Assembly (NCBI GenBank): GCA_050177605.1
Contig: JBFXGX010000035.1
Coordinates: 1-12,524, forward strand
Reading direction: 5' to 3'
Origin: Candidatus Izemoplasmatales bacterium
GTDB lineage: Bacteria > Bacillota_I > Bacilli_A > Izemoplasmatales > Hujiaoplasmataceae
DNA: 12,524 nt
Program-made: the position numbers and the translations under genes
In this document: positions 1 to 8,139 of the stretch, in pieces
Layout of the letters: the number at the start of each line of letters is the position of its first letter
How positions within the stretch are numbered: position 1 is the stretch's first letter
Notes under the pieces: model-generated
The model's database searches: none
What the model was told of the DNA's origin: nothing
Seen by the model: only the letters and a program-made list of their open reading frames with translations

Positions 1-278
1 TCTTCTATCAGCGCTGCAGCTTTTTTCGCGGCGATATTTTTTTGGTCAACATTTTGGGTTAAACGATCATCGAGAAAAACATCAGTTGTATTTTTCTCTC
101 GTAAGACAATACTGCCGTATCTTTCTTCTAAGAATCCTTCAAGCGCTAAGTCTTTGATGTCTCTTCGAATCGTTGATTCAGAGGCATCAATAAAAGATGC
201 AAGTTCACTGATTTGAATATCCTTATGTTTACTAACATATTCTTTAATTTGTGTTAATCTTTTGCTTTTTTGCATCAT
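1..278 (-). CDS. DeoR/GlpR-family transcriptional regulator, 5' part (runs off the window edge)
   Basis: Not in the ORF track. Manual translation from ATG 278: MMQKSKRLTQIKEYVSKHKDIQISELASFIDASESTIRRDIKDLALEGFLEERYGSIVL...QKNIAAKKAAALIE. It has the DeoR HTH signature S-E-S-T-I-R-R-D and the start of the sensor domain. SD-like AGGGGG at 284-289 (minus). Confidence 0.9.
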   Translation of the reverse strand, partial: MMQKSKRLTQIKEYVSKHKDIQISELASFIDASESTIRRDIKDLALEGFLEERYGSIVLREKNTTDVFLDDRLTQNVDQKNIAAKKAAALIE

Positions 279-297
279 TTTAGCCCCCTAACATGGA

Positions 298-311
298 TGA
301 AAATGCTTTCA
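298..311. promoter_or_regulatory. cre/LacI-type operator-like palindrome
   Basis: TGAAAATGCTTTCA, one mismatch to cre consensus TGWAANCGNTNWCA, between the promoter and RBS of the DeoR gene. Confidence 0.6.
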
Positions 312-327
312 AACCCTTACAGCAAAA

Positions 328-355
328 ATTATACAACTTTTCTAAAGTTTGTCAA
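328..355 (-). promoter_or_regulatory. sigma70/sigmaA promoter of the DeoR gene
   Basis: Minus strand TTGACA (355-350), 16 bp spacer, TATAAT (333-328). Confidence 0.8.
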
Positions 356-370
356 TCTTTTTTAAACTTC

Positions 371-420
371 TTCATAATATTTTACAACATTTTCACATTA
401 TTTCACAAATTTGCATAAAA
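371..420 (-). repeat. Degenerate ~10-bp tandem direct repeats, candidate DeoR operator array
   Basis: Minus strand blocks TTTTATGCAA / ATTTGTGAAA / TAATGTGAAA / ATGTTGTAAA / ATATTATGAA just upstream of the -35. Confidence 0.45.
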
Positions 421-444
421 AAAAGCAAGTTTTTCACTTGCTTT
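417..444 (-). terminator. Rho-independent terminator after ffh
   Basis: AAAGCAAGT-GAAAA-ACTTGCTTT hairpin (444-422) followed by a T run on the minus strand, 13 nt past the ffh stop. Confidence 0.8.
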
Positions 445-457
445 CCATTTTGATGGA

Positions 458-1852
458 TTAGAATAATCTTCCTGATCTACCTTTTCCTCGGTTTCTTGAA
501 CTTTGAGGTTGGGACAATCCATTTTGACCCATTTTTTCTAAGGAGGATGGATTCATCGAAGCCATTTGTTTCATCAACTTTTGTTGTTTTTCAAGAGAGG
601 ATACTAAACGATTTACTTCGGTAGTGCTTCTACCACTACCCTCAGCAATCCGGCTTCTTCTTGAACTACTTCTTTCGATTAATTCTGGATGTTGACGCTC
701 TTCTTTTGTCATTGAAGAAATAATTGCTTCAATATAAACAAGTTGTTTATCATCCACTTTCTCGGTATTTGCAAGTTGACCCATTCCTGGTAACATCTTT
801 AGAATTCCTGAAAAAGCACCCATTCTTTTAATCATTTTCATTTGTTTTAGAAAATCATTATAATTGAACGTTCCAGACATCATTTTTTCCATCATTGACA
901 TGGCTTCGTCTTCATCGATTTCTTCAGTAGCTTTTTCGATTAAAGAAAGCATATCGCCCATCCCTAAAATACGGGAAGCCATTCTTTCTGGATGGAATAC
1001 TTCTAAATCAGCAAGTTTTTCACCTGTACCTGAAAACTTGATTGGAACACCAGTAATCTTACGAATTGATAGTGCGGCACCACCTCTGGTATCTCCATCG
1101 AGTTTTGTAAGGATACATCCTGTTAAAGACAATGCTTCATGGAAAGCCGCTGCGACATTCACAGCATCTTGACCAGTCATCGCATCAACAGTTAATAAGA
1201 TTTCTTCTGCTTTTGTTATTTTTTCGATATTCACAAGTTCATCCATCAATGTTTCATTGATGTGTAAACGACCTGCGGTATCGATGATTAAGGTATCAAA
1301 GTCATGATCTTTCGCATATTTCAATGCGTTTTTAACAATGGTTTCTGCGGGAACGCTGGTTCCTTCTTGGTAGACTTCAACGCCAAGTTGTTTTCCAACG
1401 GTCATTAATTGTTCTACGGCAGCTGGTCGATAAATATCGCAGGCAACTAGTAATGGTTTTTTGTTATAGGTTTTACGAATGTAACTTGCTAATTTACCTG
1501 CAGTCGTTGTTTTACCTGCCCCTTGTAACCCAACCATCATAATAGATGAAATACCTGTATCTTTTAAATCAAGGGAGACAGACTCACTTCCCATTAATTT
1601 AACAAGTTCATCATTTACTATTTTTACAACTTGTTGGTCTGGATTTAATCCTTTAAGGATTTTTTCTCCAAGCGCAAGAGTCTTGACTTCTTCGGTGAAC
1701 TCTTTAACAATTTTATAATTGACATCGGCTTCAAGTAATGAGAGACGAATCTCTCTCATCATTTCTTCGATATCGGATTCAGTTAGTTTTGCTTTTCCTG
1801 ACAAACGGCGTAACGCCATTTGGAAGCGAGAAGTTAAATTTTCAAATGCCAT
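458..1852 (-). CDS. ffh: Signal recognition particle protein Ffh
   Basis: SRP GTPase motifs GLQGAGKTT, DIYRPAA, DTAGR, TKLDGDTRGGAALS, plus a Met-rich M domain; 464 aa. Confidence 0.98.
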   Translation of the reverse strand: MAFENLTSRFQMALRRLSGKAKLTESDIEEMMREIRLSLLEADVNYKIVKEFTEEVKTLALGEKILKGLNPDQQVVKIVNDELVKLMGSESVSLDLKDTGISSIMMVGLQGAGKTTTAGKLASYIRKTYNKKPLLVACDIYRPAAVEQLMTVGKQLGVEVYQEGTSVPAETIVKNALKYAKDHDFDTLIIDTAGRLHINETLMDELVNIEKITKAEEILLTVDAMTGQDAVNVAAAFHEALSLTGCILTKLDGDTRGGAALSIRKITGVPIKFSGTGEKLADLEVFHPERMASRILGMGDMLSLIEKATEEIDEDEAMSMMEKMMSGTFNYNDFLKQMKMIKRMGAFSGILKMLPGMGQLANTEKVDDKQLVYIEAIISSMTKEERQHPELIERSSSRRSRIAEGSGRSTTEVNRLVSSLEKQQKLMKQMASMNPSSLEKMGQNGLSQPQSSRNRGKGRSGRLF

Positions 1853-1854
1853 AG

Positions 1855-2181
1855 TTATTCCTCTAACTTTTCTAGATTTTTAAGAAGTTTCTTTGATTCA
1901 TCATCATTAAAATGATTTTCTAATTGTTGGATGAGTTTTGATCTCTTCTGATGTTTATCAAGTATTTTTAAAGTAGACTCATAATGGTCTAAATGTTCTA
2001 ACACTTTTTTGACTTGATCATGAACTGCGTTTCTTGAAACGTCTAGCATCTCCGCAATTTCTGATAATGAATAGTCTTCAAAGTAATAATATTCAAAATA
2101 TTGTTTTTGTTTGTCCGTTAATAGTCCTTGATAGATATCATAGAGTGCATGATATCTTAGTTTATCTTTAATTGGATCCAT
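1855..2181 (-). CDS. ylxM: YlxM/p13 SRP-associated protein (UPF0122)
   Basis: LYDIYQGLLTDKQ...YYFEDYSLSEIAE...VSRNAVHD; canonical position between ftsY and ffh. Confidence 0.95.
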   Translation of the reverse strand: MDPIKDKLRYHALYDIYQGLLTDKQKQYFEYYYFEDYSLSEIAEMLDVSRNAVHDQVKKVLEHLDHYESTLKILDKHQKRSKLIQQLENHFNDDESKKLLKNLEKLEE

Positions 2182-2190
2182 TTCCTTCTC

Positions 2191-3162
2191 CTATTCAAAA
2201 AAGTCTGCGAATAGACCATAGATGTAGTCTTCAATATCAAAATAATCAATATCTGTCATTTTTTCACCCATTCCAACAAATGAAATCGGGATTTCTAGTT
2301 CATCGCGAATAGCTAAGACGATTCCACCTTTGGCTGTGCCATCTAATTTCGTTAAGACAACACCATTGATCGGTGTAACCGAAGAAAAGATTTTTGCTTG
2401 TGACAAACCGTTTTGTCCTGTTGTGGCATCCACAACAAGATAAGTAATGTGTTTTACTGGAGCCATTTCTTTATCGATGGTGCGGTTGATTTTTTCAAGT
2501 TCTTTCATTAAATTGACTTTATTTTGAAGACGACCAGCGGTATCAATTAAAAGAACATTCATTTTCTTTTCTTTTGCTTGTTTTAAAGCATCAAAGACGA
2601 CGCTTGAAGGATCGCTACCTTCTTTTTTAAAGACAAACTCACAACCTACTCTTTCGCTCCATATGCGAAGTTGTTCAATCGCTCCTGCGCGGAAAGTATC
2701 CGCAGCCGCAACCATCACTGTTTTACCATCGTTTTTAATTTTATTGGCTAGTTTTGCGATGGAGGTTGTTTTTCCAGTTCCATTGACTCCCACAAACAAA
2801 ATCACGGTTAAGCCTTCTTTATTATAAGGAATGTTTGTATTGATAATATCGTTTTTGATATAAAGTTCAAACATTTTATCGACAATCAAATTCTCTAGAT
2901 CTTTTGGATCAGTAAGTCCCGATTTTTTTACTTCTTCCTTTAATGACTTCATTAATTTTAAAGAAGTATTAATCCCAATATCCGCCATGATGAATATTTC
3001 TTCTAACTGATCAAATAATGCCTCATCGATTTTCTTAGAATATGCCAAGACTTCTTTTAATGACGAAAAAGAACCATGTCTGGTTTTACTCATTCCGATT
3101 TTATATTTTTCACGTTTTTCTAGTTTTTCTTTGGAAGAAAATAGTTTTTGAAATAAGCCCAT
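2191..3162 (-). CDS. ftsY: SRP receptor FtsY (short NG form)
   Basis: GVNGTGKTTSIAKLA, DTFRAGA, DTAGRLQNK, TKLDGTAKGG. N-terminal amphipathic MGLFQKLF, no acidic A-domain. Confidence 0.98.
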   Translation of the reverse strand: MGLFQKLFSSKEKLEKREKYKIGMSKTRHGSFSSLKEVLAYSKKIDEALFDQLEEIFIMADIGINTSLKLMKSLKEEVKKSGLTDPKDLENLIVDKMFELYIKNDIINTNIPYNKEGLTVILFVGVNGTGKTTSIAKLANKIKNDGKTVMVAAADTFRAGAIEQLRIWSERVGCEFVFKKEGSDPSSVVFDALKQAKEKKMNVLLIDTAGRLQNKVNLMKELEKINRTIDKEMAPVKHITYLVVDATTGQNGLSQAKIFSSVTPINGVVLTKLDGTAKGGIVLAIRDELEIPISFVGMGEKMTDIDYFDIEDYIYGLFADFFE

Positions 3163-3189
3163 ATTGATGACCCCTTTCGGACTAAAAAT

Positions 3190-3198
3190 ATTATATCA
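3190..3198 (-). promoter_or_regulatory. Extended -10 promoter of ftsY-ylxM-ffh
   Basis: Minus strand TGATATAAT (TGn+TATAAT) with no clear -35; SD GAAAGGGG at 3171-3178. Confidence 0.65.
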
Positions 3199-3220
3199 TA
3201 AATTCAAATATTTCTCCATT

Positions 3221-3249
3221 AAAAGAAAAGAACCAATCGAGTTGGCTCT
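3221..3249 (-). terminator. Rho-independent terminator after topA
   Basis: Minus strand AGAGCCAA-CTCGA-TTGGTTCT (one G-U pair) then TTTCTTTT, directly after the TAA. Confidence 0.75.
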
Positions 3250-5316
3250 TTATTCGTGATAGTGACAGTTTTGTGTGTCGATGCAATGAACATGTCCATG
3301 TTCATCTTCAACCACTTCATTGCCACAATCTGGGCAATGACGATTTAAGTCTTTTAAAGGTGAGATATATTTACAGCTAGGATAATTGGAGCAACCATAG
3401 AAATGATTCCCTTTATTTTTCCCTTTTTTTGCTGTTCTTTTGATGAGCGTTCCTTTCCCACAACTTGGGCAAGTTACGCCAGTATCATGGGGTTCATCTT
3501 TTTTTGTTTCATCCACTTTGATGTATTTACAACTTGGAAAATTCGAACAAGCTTCAAATGTTCCATATTTGCCTTCTCTATAAACCATTGGCGAACCACA
3601 TTTAGGACAAACTTCTCCAGTTTCTTTTGGCTTTGCCTTATCCATATTTTCGCTTGCTTTATCAACTAAGGGAACAAAATAGTTATAAAAATCACGAAGA
3701 ACAGTGACACCTGATTCTTTCGCTTTCGCGATATCATCAAGCACATTTTCCATGTTTTTAGAATAGGTCGAACTGATAAACTCGCTGAAGAACTCATCGA
3801 GTTTTTCAATTGTCATCATTCCTTGTTCCGTTGGGAAAAACTTCTTTTCAGTATAGGTAATATATTTTCTGTTTTTTAAAGTAAGAATCGTTTGGGCATA
3901 CGTCGATGGACGTCCGATGCCTAAGTCTTCCATTTCTTTAATGAGTCTTGCCTCACTAAATCTGGAAGGTGGCATAGTGAATTGTTGGTCTTTTTCGACA
4001 GACGTAGCAAGTAATACTTGATTTTGATTTAACGATGGAATCGAAGCAACTTCGTTTTCATCTTCTTCTTCCACATCATATACTTTTAAGTAACCATCAA
4101 AGATACGTATCGATGAAGTTGCCTTAAATAAGGAAGCATTATTCTCAAGAATGACGGTTGTGACATTACGAATCGAAGGTTTCATAAAATAAGCAATGGC
4201 ACGGTTATAGATTAACGAGTAGATATGGAATTCATCTTTGGTTAAATATCGTTTAATTGATTCTGGTGTTCTTGATACTGATGTTGGGCGAATCGCTTCA
4301 TGGGCATCTTGAACATTCCCTTTCACGATGGTTTTTCTCGCTTGTCCGACATATTCTTTACCATAGAACTTTAAGATATAATCGGTCGCTTGTTTCGTGA
4401 AGGTTTGAGAAAGTCTTGTCGAATCGGTTCTCATGTAGGTAATTAAACCAACGGATTCATCGCCAATCATAATTCCTTCGTATAACTTTTGTGCAATGCT
4501 CATCGTTTTAGATGAAGTTAAATTATACTTGGTCGACGCTTCTTGTTGGAGCGTTGACGTAATAAAAGGCAATTTTGAAAAAGTTGATTTCGGTTTTGTT
4601 TCAATCGATGAAACTAAATATTCTTCCCCAAGAGATGAGATGATTTCATCTGCGAGTTCTAAATTTGGTAGCTTCGGTGTGTGTCCTTTATATTTATATA
4701 AGGATGCTTTAAATCCATCGAACAAAACAGAAATATCATAATATTCTTGCTTTTTAAAATCCGTAATCTCTTTTTCACGATCCGTAATGAGTTTTAAGGT
4801 AGCGGACTGAACACGTCCAGCTGATTTTGAACGGATTTTGTTTTGTAATAATTTGGACAACTTAAATCCGATAATTCGGTCTAAGATTCTTCTTGTTTCT
4901 TGACTATCGACTAAATCTTGATCAATCATTTTTGGATGTTCAAAAGCTTCTTGAATGGCGTCTTTGGTAATTTCATTAAATATAACGCGTTTTACAGGCT
5001 TTTTTCCAACGCTGAGTGTATCGAGTAAGTGCCAAGAGATTGCTTCTCCTTCACGGTCGGGGTCGGTCGCAAGATAGAGTTCACTGGAGTCTTTTAGCGC
5101 TTGATTTAATTCTTTGATGACTGCTTTCTTTTCTGGCAGTACGGTGTAGCTAGGGTGGAAATTGTTTTCGAGATCAATTCCTAATCCTCCTGGACCACTA
5201 ATCGATAAATCTCGAATATGTCCTTTGGAAGATTTTACGGTATAATCCTTCCCTAAATACTGTTCAATTGTTTTCGATTTGGATGGACTTTCCACGATAA
5301 CAAGTTTTTTTGGCAT
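3250..5316 (-). CDS. topA: DNA topoisomerase I (type IA) with three C-terminal Zn ribbons
   Basis: Toprim LVIVESPSK, ATDPDREGEAI, SAGRVQS, catalytic GLITYMRTDS, AHEAIRPT, GIGRPSTYA; C4 ribbons CPKC, CPSC, CPDC. Start moved from 5334 to ATG 5316 (MPKKLVIVES) because an SD-like GGGGG lies just upstream of it. Confidence 0.97.
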   Translation of the reverse strand: MPKKLVIVESPSKSKTIEQYLGKDYTVKSSKGHIRDLSISGPGGLGIDLENNFHPSYTVLPEKKAVIKELNQALKDSSELYLATDPDREGEAISWHLLDTLSVGKKPVKRVIFNEITKDAIQEAFEHPKMIDQDLVDSQETRRILDRIIGFKLSKLLQNKIRSKSAGRVQSATLKLITDREKEITDFKKQEYYDISVLFDGFKASLYKYKGHTPKLPNLELADEIISSLGEEYLVSSIETKPKSTFSKLPFITSTLQQEASTKYNLTSSKTMSIAQKLYEGIMIGDESVGLITYMRTDSTRLSQTFTKQATDYILKFYGKEYVGQARKTIVKGNVQDAHEAIRPTSVSRTPESIKRYLTKDEFHIYSLIYNRAIAYFMKPSIRNVTTVILENNASLFKATSSIRIFDGYLKVYDVEEEDENEVASIPSLNQNQVLLATSVEKDQQFTMPPSRFSEARLIKEMEDLGIGRPSTYAQTILTLKNRKYITYTEKKFFPTEQGMMTIEKLDEFFSEFISSTYSKNMENVLDDIAKAKESGVTVLRDFYNYFVPLVDKASENMDKAKPKETGEVCPKCGSPMVYREGKYGTFEACSNFPSCKYIKVDETKKDEPHDTGVTCPSCGKGTLIKRTAKKGKNKGNHFYGCSNYPSCKYISPLKDLNRHCPDCGNEVVEDEHGHVHCIDTQNCHYHE

Positions 5317-5340
5317 AATAAACCCCCGTTTCAAATAGTA

Positions 5341-5369
5341 AGTATACTCACTTCACTGTTTAATGTCAA
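5341..5369 (-). promoter_or_regulatory. sigmaA promoter of topA
   Basis: Minus strand TTGACA (5369-5364), 17 bp spacer, TATACT (5346-5341); AT-rich UP-like tract upstream. Confidence 0.8.
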
Positions 5370-5442
5370 CTATTTTTATTTGAAAAAATTTTGATGTTTT
5401 TTCTTAATAATTTTAATTATTAATATTTTTTCCTTATATATA

Positions 5443-5478
5443 GAAAGAAAACTGAAACAAGTCGCAGCTTGTTTCAGT
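5443..5478 (-). terminator. Rho-independent terminator after the small HTH gene
   Basis: Perfect 11-bp stem ACTGAAACAAG/CTTGTTTCAGT (5451-5461/5468-5478), then TTTCTTTC on the minus strand. Confidence 0.8.
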
Positions 5479-5513
5479 CTTTAAAAAAATCATTGATATA
5501 AGGAAATGATATG

Positions 5514-5741
5514 TTATTTCGTCGTAATAAAGTTTTCGTAAGCGTCATAAAACTCAACAACCGACATCCCAAGTCTTTCGATGAACTTGAAGACATCCTC
5601 TTGAGATACTTTGGTAATGCCATGGACATAACGACGGTAGGTTCTTTCAGATACAATGCCTTCTGTTAATTCAAATATCGTATAACCTTTGTTATATCTT
5701 AATTCATCAATAAATAGAAATAAGCTTCTTGAACTATCCAT
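5514..5741 (-). CDS. Small XRE/Rgg-type helix-turn-helix protein (75 aa)
   Basis: IDELRYNKGYTIFELTEGIVSERTYRRY...ERLGMSVVEF resembles the Rgg/MutR N-terminal HTH. Start moved from 5819 to ATG 5741, preceded by SD AGGGAG; TATAAT at 5790-5785. Confidence 0.75.
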   Translation of the reverse strand: MDSSRSLFLFIDELRYNKGYTIFELTEGIVSERTYRRYVHGITKVSQEDVFKFIERLGMSVVEFYDAYENFITTK

Positions 5742-5931
5742 ATGGTCACTCCCTGCCCTATGTTCTATTATCATTTGTGCATTCATTATAATATTATTTA
5801 CTGAATAATGAAACGGCAAAACTGTCCGTTTTAGTTAAATTAATAAAAAATTAATAAATTAAATTACAAATAAAATCAATAAATGAAAGACTTTGAATAA
5901 ACGCGACAAATCAGCCATAAAATAATGATAT

Positions 5932-5966
5932 AAAAAGAACGATTATGATAATTCCTAATCGTTCTT
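5932..5966 (-). terminator. Rho-independent terminator overlapping the GGDEF stop codon
   Basis: 11-bp stem AAGAACGATTA/TAATCGTTCTT (5935-5945/5956-5966) ending in TTCTTTTT on the minus strand. Confidence 0.7.
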
Positions 5967-7094
5967 CAGTGTTTTGATTTTATGATTTTTTTGTTCATAC
6001 ATTTGATGGTCTAACTGTCTTAAATAGTCGTCAAGGTCTTTAAATTTATCTGTGTAGACATCATAACCATAACTGCACTTTAAGGTGTATGGTAATTGTT
6101 CTGATTTGTTAAACTGATGTAAAGCGCCTTCAATCTCATGATAGATTTTGTTTAATACTTCAGGATCACTGATTTCAAATGAGATGATGAACTCATCTCC
6201 GCCTAGCCTTGAAATATTATGTTTTACTGGAATTGCCTTTCGGGTAATTTCAATGATTTTACAAATTGCCTTATCTCCTTCATCATGTCCGTATTGATCA
6301 TTGATTAATTTAAGATCATCAACATCAAAGAAGATTGCCGAGAAAGGATCTTTTGGATTAGATTGAATTCTTCTTGAATAAGCATAATAGAAAGACTCCC
6401 GTGTCCAAGTCGATGTCATATAGTCGAGTCTTACCATTCGCTCTTGTAAGAAAACATAAGCGAGCAACAGTGCAAAGGCTGCACTTGACCACATCATTAA
6501 CATCCCATAAATAAGCGCTTGAACGAGGCCGCCAATCATTGGAATAACACCCATCGCTAATAAAAGCCAAAAATCTTTCTTGAGAATATTCTTTCGGTAT
6601 TTGATAACATAGAAAAATCCATACAATAAATAAGCGTAGGTAAGTGCTGCAGAGAAATAGAACAGGTCTCCTCGAACATAAACACCATGAGGATCAATAT
6701 AGAAATAAAATCCAAAAATTGGTGATAACAAGGAAATAATCCATTGAATAAATAAAGGAATCATGAAATAAAGTTTGATTCTTTTTTTGTCTTCACGGTA
6801 CGGGAATACGACTAATTCAATAAAAATAACGAAGAGATAAGATATTGCCGGTGCTAAAGCGAATAAAAAGACCGAAATCATATTTGCAAGAATGATGTCC
6901 ATCGGACCATCATGATTATTAATCAAACATGAGATTGTTTCGAGGACTAATTCTAGTCCAACAATCATTGAGGTGAACAAAAAAGCTTTATTTAAAAAGT
7001 CATTTTTTTCTAGTCTTTTATATCCGATAAACATCATTGTGAATAACACAATTGCGGACATGATATTTAATTGTACTCGAAATAATACTTCCAT
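5955..7094 (-). CDS. Membrane-bound diguanylate cyclase (about 7 TM + GGDEF)
   Basis: Hydrophobic N-terminal ~215 aa; FFDVDDLKLINDQYGHDEGD and SRLGGDEF (GGDEF at 6203-6189); SD AGGGGG upstream. Confidence 0.93.
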   Translation of the reverse strand: MEVLFRVQLNIMSAIVLFTMMFIGYKRLEKNDFLNKAFLFTSMIVGLELVLETISCLINNHDGPMDIILANMISVFLFALAPAISYLFVIFIELVVFPYREDKKRIKLYFMIPLFIQWIISLLSPIFGFYFYIDPHGVYVRGDLFYFSAALTYAYLLYGFFYVIKYRKNILKKDFWLLLAMGVIPMIGGLVQALIYGMLMMWSSAAFALLLAYVFLQERMVRLDYMTSTWTRESFYYAYSRRIQSNPKDPFSAIFFDVDDLKLINDQYGHDEGDKAICKIIEITRKAIPVKHNISRLGGDEFIISFEISDPEVLNKIYHEIEGALHQFNKSEQLPYTLKCSYGYDVYTDKFKDLDDYLRQLDHQMYEQKNHKIKTLKND

Positions 7095-7119
7095 AAAAAC
7101 CCCTACTTTTTGTGGATAT

Positions 7120-8064
7120 TTATTCTATATTCATAGCGTGATTATAATAGTCTAAAGATAGTGTTAGTAGATTTTCAGAACAACTTTGCCACTGTTCTTC
7201 TAATCTATTGCATTCTGTTAAAAAATCTTCTTCACTTAATTCTTTGTTTCTTAACACTTCTATTTTTTGTGCCAGAACCAAATGTTCGGCAGCCGATATC
7301 TTTTGTAATGCCTGAATGCTTGCCCAAAGTGTATATTGCTTAGCAGAACGAAGTAAAGAAGCGATTCCCGATTCTTTCATCGTTTGATCGAGAATATGTA
7401 CGAAATGTAATGTAATATCTTCTTCTTTGACACTCGCGTAACTTTTACCTTTGATGGTCTTTTTCTCAATTCGATGATATTTCTTTATGAGCTCTAACTC
7501 ATCTAGTGGATGTGCTAGCAAAACTTTTCTTTTTTTGACCGTATCAAAAAGTAGAGACTTCTTACAAGGAAGTGCGTCCAAGACTTCTAGTAGAGAAGTT
7601 TCAAGATACATACCACTAATACTTACAATGACATGTTCTCCAACCATTGGATCTAGTTTTGTAAAAAACTCTTTTAACTTTCTGCTTCTTTCTACAATTT
7701 TAGTGCCAGTAATAATCAAGGTATCATAGGCTTCTTCACTGATTAACCCAGCTTGTTCAATTTCTTCCCATGGCGTAAAACGCTGATTCTTTACTCTCGT
7801 TTGAAAGTAGAGTCCGTCTTCACTGATTTTTAGGACTGGAAAATGAGCGTGAATATAACGATAGAATTGATATAACTGGTATAATCCGTATAAAAATCCT
7901 ATACTAATTATAAAAAGAACTCCAAACTCATTTTCAAAAGAACCGGTCAGTATCACCACAAGAGCAAAAAGGAAAACAATGAAAACTACAAGAAGCTGTC
8001 GATAGAACATTTTCTTGTTAAAGTAAAACTCTTTATTCAATTTCAACACCAGATTTCTGTGCAT
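7120..8064 (-). CDS. Hypothetical membrane protein: 2 TM + PH-like segment + possible DUF4375/DMP19-like C-terminus
   Basis: 314-aa ORF with two hydrophobic helices, then LKISEDGLYF...TPWEEIEQ, then a helical C-terminal region. Domain calls are by eye only. Confidence 0.7.
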   Translation of the reverse strand: MHRNLVLKLNKEFYFNKKMFYRQLLVVFIVFLFALVVILTGSFENEFGVLFIISIGFLYGLYQLYQFYRYIHAHFPVLKISEDGLYFQTRVKNQRFTPWEEIEQAGLISEEAYDTLIITGTKIVERSRKLKEFFTKLDPMVGEHVIVSISGMYLETSLLEVLDALPCKKSLLFDTVKKRKVLLAHPLDELELIKKYHRIEKKTIKGKSYASVKEEDITLHFVHILDQTMKESGIASLLRSAKQYTLWASIQALQKISAAEHLVLAQKIEVLRNKELSEEDFLTECNRLEEQWQSCSENLLTLSLDYYNHAMNIE

Positions 8065-8073
8065 ATTACTGTC

Positions 8074-8107
8074 ATTTTACCATAAGGGCTCACGCATGTA
8101 TATACAT
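8074..8107 (-). promoter_or_regulatory. Extended -10 promoter with a palindrome over the -35
   Basis: Minus strand TGGTAAAAT (8082-8074); -35-like TATACA at 17 bp spacing, inside the perfect palindrome ATGTATATACAT (8096-8107). Confidence 0.55.
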
Positions 8108-8110
8108 CAT

Positions 8111-8139
8111 AAAAAAAAGGATGATTTTTTATCATCCTT
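8111..8139 (-). terminator. Rho-independent terminator after the VOC gene
   Basis: Minus strand AAGGATGAT-AAAAA-ATCATCCTT followed by a T run. Confidence 0.8.

Noticed and set aside
864..4741. Track ORFs 864-1172, 3403-3669, 3474-3665, 4496-4741
   Set aside because: Antisense or alternate-frame shadows inside ffh and topA with no recognisable motifs.
5815..5850. GGCAAAACTGTCCG resembles the 5' part of a c-di-GMP-I riboswitch, near a GGDEF gene
   Set aside because: No GAAA tetraloop, no complementary P2 arm, no GACGCAAAG segment, and no plus-strand gene downstream.
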